This document shows, in pieces, positions 58,311 to 64,000 of a stretch of 64,000 nt of DNA. Source of the DNA: Eledone cirrhosa (taxonomy: Eukaryota); assembly GCA_964016885.1 (NCBI GenBank), contig OZ024741.1, forward strand, positions 39,618,001 to 39,682,000, in the 5' to 3' direction. A program made the position numbers and the translations under genes. The notes beneath the pieces are model-generated. The model was not told the origin of the DNA and ran no database searches. It was given only the letters and a program-made list of their open reading frames with translations. Within the stretch, counting starts at the first letter, position 1, and every line of letters starts with the position of its first letter.

Positions 58311-58739
58311 GAATCTAATTGTAATGGTGCCTTGTTAGCCCACTTGCAGTGTGATACAATCTGTTACATTTTCCACAGTCAATATCAAGGCGTATGTCAT
58401 ACTCAAATGTATGATTTCCATGAGTATGGTATCTTCTATGACTTAATAGCCCAGCTTTTGATATACATATACGCCCACATCCCACTCAAATAAGAGTCGT
58501 TCTCGAAACCCGTTCTGGAAGCGGATTAACCCCCCCCCCCCTCCATATATTTAGCTGCTCGCTTAACTTCATCATAGGCCCTCTTTACAAATTCCTTATC
58601 ACCGGTAGCAATTTTATTTCACCACTGGGTTCTCTCTGTTGCAAAATTTTCAAATGTTTTGTGCTTTGGTGTTGAATTTGACTTTCTTCGGGGTATCTTT
58701 CTGGCAGTTTTTAAAGCGTATGTGTGACCCTACTGCAGA

Positions 58740-59600
58740 TGTTTGTCATGCAACAGTTCTCCTTCCAATACTTGTTTGGGAATGTTGCTGTCCACTAGGC
58801 GTGTGTCCTATCTTTCGAAGACGCTGTTTCATGATCAAAGGCTCAATGCTTTGCAAACAGGCCCGCTAAATTACATCATGATTTCTTGAAGAGTGCAAGT
58901 ATTGTTGGTGGAAACGTTCGAGGCGATGTATGTTGTCCACTGAGATTCCAGCAGAGTGATAGGTGCAACGTGTACCAGGATACGATTAAGAAGAACCCTG
59001 GCTAAGATTTTACCAACAACTAAGAGTAAAGACATCCCAAGATACTTGTTACAAGCATAATTGAGTCCCTTCTTGAAGGAGACAGAAATGGCATCTTATT
59101 CCCAGTTTTGAAGGAATGCCAACTTCAACCACACCCTGTGGTATATGTTATACCATAGACCATGTATTTAGGACCACGTTTTGCCAGTGTTCATTTGTCT
59201 CACTGCAGTGTCAGGATATCATCAAGTTTGTTAATAGCGGGAGCCTGCTTCATTACCTCAATCAGGTGGAGATTAACGAGAGATGCATGTTCATGCCCTC
59301 TTGTCTCGATATCGGCTTAATCACGCAACACTTCATTTCCATTCTTTGACTGCAGGTAAAGACTGTAGTGTGTAGGCCATATACTATGTGACATTCATGA
59401 TATAATGATTTAACAGCTCGTCTTTCTGCCGTGATTTGTATGTGATGCACTTTATCACACCCCCATGAATCTTTTGCTGCTCGATGTTCGTGCTGCACCC
59501 ACACTTTACATTCTTTAAAATCATTCTGCAGCTGAGATTTTTGTTTTACCTTCTTTCGAGCAGGACATGAACTTGTCCAGACAAGTTTTGTTTTCCCTTA
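58740..59600 (-). mobile_element. Decayed, internally deleted RTE/BovB-like LINE
   Basis: Fragments IQITAERRAVKSLY....VYG, YLGMSLLLVVGKILARVLLNRI..ESQ (start of RT) and SIEPLIMKQRLR.IGH. Confidence 0.7.
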
Positions 59601-60711
59601 GACGGCTGTTAACTGAGGTTCATTTGCAGTAAATTACCTGATGATTTTTCTCATAACCCAGAGTCATGGTTCTGCCTCATAAAGCTGTTACCACTGTTTG
59701 TGACTTCAATTTCTTGAAATTTCTTTCGTTTTCTGGGCAGGTCAATTGCGTGACGTCTGTTCGTCTCTGCACCTTGACACCGCCATATTTCGAACATGGA
59801 CACGCATAGTTGGTTTTAAGAGACGGTGAACGGTAGTCCGTCAAACAATAAACCCCTCTCATACAACGTATAAATCTGACATCCACAAATCATTAGGTCT
59901 TACAATCATGTAGCCAATGACGTGAATGTGGGTGCATCCAAGCCCTCTTGTATTTGTTCATCTGTCTGAACTTTATCTTTCCTATTATAAGATTTAATTA
60001 TTAGCACATTTCCAACGGGCGATGTACATTGCTATTACACTTACTAATTCCATGACGACCGAGGCTTTTCCATGTAGTAGTGTCGCATCCAATACAATCA
60101 TTCCAACCCCCCTACACATATATATACACGCCAATATATATATATGTATGTATGTTTATGTTCAAGGTCGAACGCCATGCTTTGCAGCAAAGAGTTACGG
60201 CCCTTTATGGTCTGAGTTCAAATCCCGCCGAGGTTAACTTTGCCTTTCATCCTTACGGGGTCGATAAAATAAACCACCAGTAATACACTGGGATAATTGC
60301 TGGCCTTGTGCCAAAAGTAGAAACGATTATTACATATACACACACATGTATATATAAAGTGTTGTGTACATTTACTGGTCATTTTTAACAAAAGCAAATA
60401 TTTTATTGACCGTGAGAATAGTCGTATATTGCTGGATTTTAGGGTTTGTACACCACCAAAAATATACATCACGTGACTATAATTTTTTTCCACAACGAAC
60501 CCTAGAAATACCTCCGGGAATCACGGGCGTTGTAATGTGTGTCAGCACCGGATTAGCTTGTCCTCATATGAATAAGCAGCCACCCAACATGATGTAACAA
60601 AAACTGAAGGTTTTCCGTGTACACATGCATAGGCACACGAACAAACACACACACACACAAACAAACACAATCACACACACACAAACACTCACAAACAAAA
60701 ACAAACAAATC

Positions 60712-60751
<40 letters not shown>

Positions 60752-60849
60752 TATTGAAGTTTCCGTTGAAAATTGAAAAATCATAGGAGTGAAGAGTGCT
60801 CTATGTAAGTACCAGAGCACAATTTAATGTATAATAAACAATATAATAT

Positions 60850-60927
60850 AATTACCTCATTACCAGAGGTTTCCCGAATAAGACGAATACGAAAAACGTC
60901 CTCATTCGTTCATCGGACAAGGCAATT
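60850..60927 (-). ncRNA. Type I hammerhead with CCGATGA core and long stem II (family J)
   Basis: AATTGCCTTGT-CCGATGA-aCGAATGAGGACG...CGTCTTATTCGg-GAAA-CC tct GG-TA-ATGAGGTAATT (11-bp stem I with GU pairs). Confidence 0.75.
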
Positions 60928-61030
60928 TAAACTAAAAAATTTATATATATATATATTGAGTTCTAACATACATTCCCGCCGTTGTTATGAAACTTCTCAA
61001 TAAAAACAACCCGGGAATTTATGTTACAAC

Positions 61031-61113
<83 letters not shown>

Positions 61114-61421
61114 TATATATTTTAAAAAATTTTAAAAATATATATATCGATATTTATGCTTCTCTGAAATTGATATATTTTAGTTTTATTTTCATTGAGA
61201 TCTTCTGTATATTGGTGACAAATAAACTTCTGTATGATTATATATATATATATATATAATGAAAAATTTGAACAGGGACAGAACAGAGAGGCAGTACAAT
61301 AAATGTTTATTAATATATATATATATTATATGATATTTGGCAATATACCGTATGTTTAATTAAAAACATTTAGAAGACCATACGCTATCAGTTTTAAAGT
61401 AGTGACTATGTCACTTACTTC

Positions 61422-61512
61422 TTTTCGGCGAAAGAAGGGAGAGAAGCTGACAGTCTGTTTCACGCTTGTTGACGTTCATCAGAGCCTCGCACTCCTCTGC
61501 TTTCGCCGAAAA
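61422..61512 (-). ncRNA. Type I hammerhead (core 61443-61488) with extended stem I (family K)
   Basis: GAGGCT-CTGATGA-ACG...CGT-GAAA-CAG a CTG-TC-AGCTTC; distal TTTTCGGCGAAAG/CTTTCGCCGAAAA pairing. Confidence 0.85.
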
Positions 61513-61644
61513 TTATAGAAGCTGGATTCTTATAGAATTCCAGTAATAATCAGGAGCTGATTATACAGAGCAGTTGCCGGTCCAGCAAAAGTTAGGTATT
61601 AGGATTGGTGCTCTGAAATAGCGATACATTCATGTAACCATCGG

Positions 61645-61713
<69 letters not shown>

Positions 61714-61833
61714 TATATTATATTATATAGGATTGGTGCTCTGAAATAGCGATGTATACATGAATGTCTGTATAGTATATTTGGCAATATACAGTATGCT
61801 TAATTAAAAACATTTAGAAGACCATACGCTACA

Positions 61834-61943
<110 letters not shown>

Positions 61944-62546
61944 CATGTATATATATGTGTGTATGTGTGCGTGTGTGTGGGGGGGGGGGGTGTACGTGCA
62001 TGTGTGTTGTATGTATGTAGAGAAACATCTAATCATGTGATCAGTTACGTTATAATTTGTTATATATTTGGCTAATGTCCTAATAAATATTTATATATAA
62101 AACAATGTATATTATAATCCTTCAATTAAATTTAATATAGATAAAGCGACAATTTCGTAATTTCAAAGCGTTATAGCTACACAGAATGTATCATAAATAT
62201 TACAGAATACCTCATGTACAACATAAATATTTAATATTTTACTAGTTATGTTGCCAAACAATTGCAAGTGTCTGGTAGGTTATTTCTGCATTTCGGTTTA
62301 AAATAAATAGCGTCCGTTATACCGCAAAATTATGAGGGTAATTATTTACTGATGAGGAAACTTTTGATATCTTAAACGCATATCTTAAATGTACTCTTTT
62401 AAATTGTGCTGTGTGGGAAAGAATAAAAGTATATTCCTTTCGAAGGGAGGATTGTAATTTAAATAAATGTAATTTTATATTCAGTAAATTAATCATAAAC
62501 CTGAATATATGTATAGAAATATCCATATATATGTGAATATATATGG

Positions 62547-62577
<31 letters not shown>

Positions 62578-62729
62578 GTTTTCGAATTTGTTTTGGGAGA
62601 TTTCTTATCTGGAAACGTGTGTTGAAACAGATATTGTTATACTTTGGGAGCATGACCCTCCCAAAGTATAACAATATATATATATATATCAGATAGGGTG
62701 TAGTAAAATACCAGGTGGACCATAACCAT

Positions 62730-62760
<31 letters not shown>

Positions 62761-64000
62761 ATTGTGTATTTCTGTGTGTATGGGCGGGAAGGTCTGTGTA
62801 AATAAGTAAATAGGACCGTCAAATACCAAAATCTGAAGGTTGATACATTTGGAACAAACAAAAGCAAAGTAATTACCAAATATCCCAATATGGAAATAAA
62901 ACTCTGAGTAAAACTAATCCAATTACAAACTAAATGTCTATACTAAATCCAAGACATTATCCATAAATCCGACCTCATAATTCCTACTTCAGGCATCATG
63001 AATATTTTCTGACCCATACTCCGTAAATCCTACCTCCAAACCATTAAAAAAATATAGTATAAGTGAGATAGGCTTTGTCAAGTTGCAGGGGTTATATTAC
63101 ACAGTTTTTGTATTATTGTAAACACCAACCCATGCTTATTATTATCTACAGCGACTGCAACTCTATTGCCTAATAATCTATACCAACCAGACCCATTCCC
63201 GTGACTAACAGATGAATTTATTTTAAAATACTAGAGCGCTATCCCGCCGACCAAACCGAAATCTTTGTAATTGCCATTAGCCCCATGCAAACCTACCCCG
63301 AACCATATGAAATTACATATAGATATTAAAGGCATAAAATATAACTTACTTATGAAAAAAAAAAAGAAAAAATTAATACGAAAGTCAAATCTAGAAAATT
63401 GTGTGAAACGAAATAAATACAGGGAAACTCGACTCTCATACACAGAGTTAACGCTAAAATATCTCAGCTTAAATTTAATTACGTTAACCTAAGTAAGTTA
63501 TTAAACATTATAGGTCCATAGAAAAATTACTAACTAAAAATATCCTAAATGATTGACTTAAATATAACTGTATAAACAAGATAAACATTGAAATTTATCG
63601 TAAACTTCTAAATTGAACAACTCAAGTAATTTATATAAAATAGAAGAGACATATACGAAACAATACATTAATATTTAAATGAATCCCACCGGGGTTAACT
63701 TTCCCTTTCATCCTTACGGGGTCGATAAAATAAAGTACCAGTAATGTACTGGGATTTTGCTGGCTTTGTGCCAAAAGAAGAAACAATTATTTAAACGAAT
63801 TTAAACCACAGTTACTTAAACAATCATATATGTATGTATAATACTTATGCATATATGTATGTATATACTTATGCTTCCATATAGCATGTATCTATATGTA
63901 TCATATCATATGATATATATATATATAAATATACATATAAATATATATAAATATATAAATATATATATAAATATATATATAAATATATATAAATATATAT

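Noticed and set aside
62800-63660. Unique-looking stretch as exon or Penelope ORF remnant
   Set aside because: The frames I checked contain frequent stops and no RT or GIY-YIG motif was recognisable.

Overview
Eukaryotic, very AT-rich repeat DNA, either intergenic or deep intronic. I can support no intact protein-coding gene; almost all ORFs in the supplied track are microsatellite read-throughs ((TA)n, (CA)n, (GA)n giving YI, HT/CV, ER/LS). The SINE types (tRNA-head SINEs with Meta-like and CORE/V-like cores) and the microsatellite density resemble octopod cephalopod genomes (inference). The short islands between microsatellites are mostly dispersed repeats: (i) more than 12 sequence-unrelated families of 100-300 bp elements carrying minimal type I hammerhead ribozymes (HHR), typical of Penelope-like element (PLE) pseudo-LTRs, often in fold-back pairs and inserted in (TA)n or (CA)n; (ii) about 20 SINE copies; (iii) decayed CR1/L2 and RTE LINE pieces, a mariner remnant, and hAT-, Tc1- and piggyBac-type MITEs. 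The most unusual signal is a recurrent motif in at least three unrelated sequences that has the hammerhead core and covarying stems in a strand order (NUH, then GAAA, then CUGAUGA) that is not a circular permutation of types I/II/III, i.e. a candidate pseudoknotted hammerhead. All structures were folded by eye and no activity is demonstrated.
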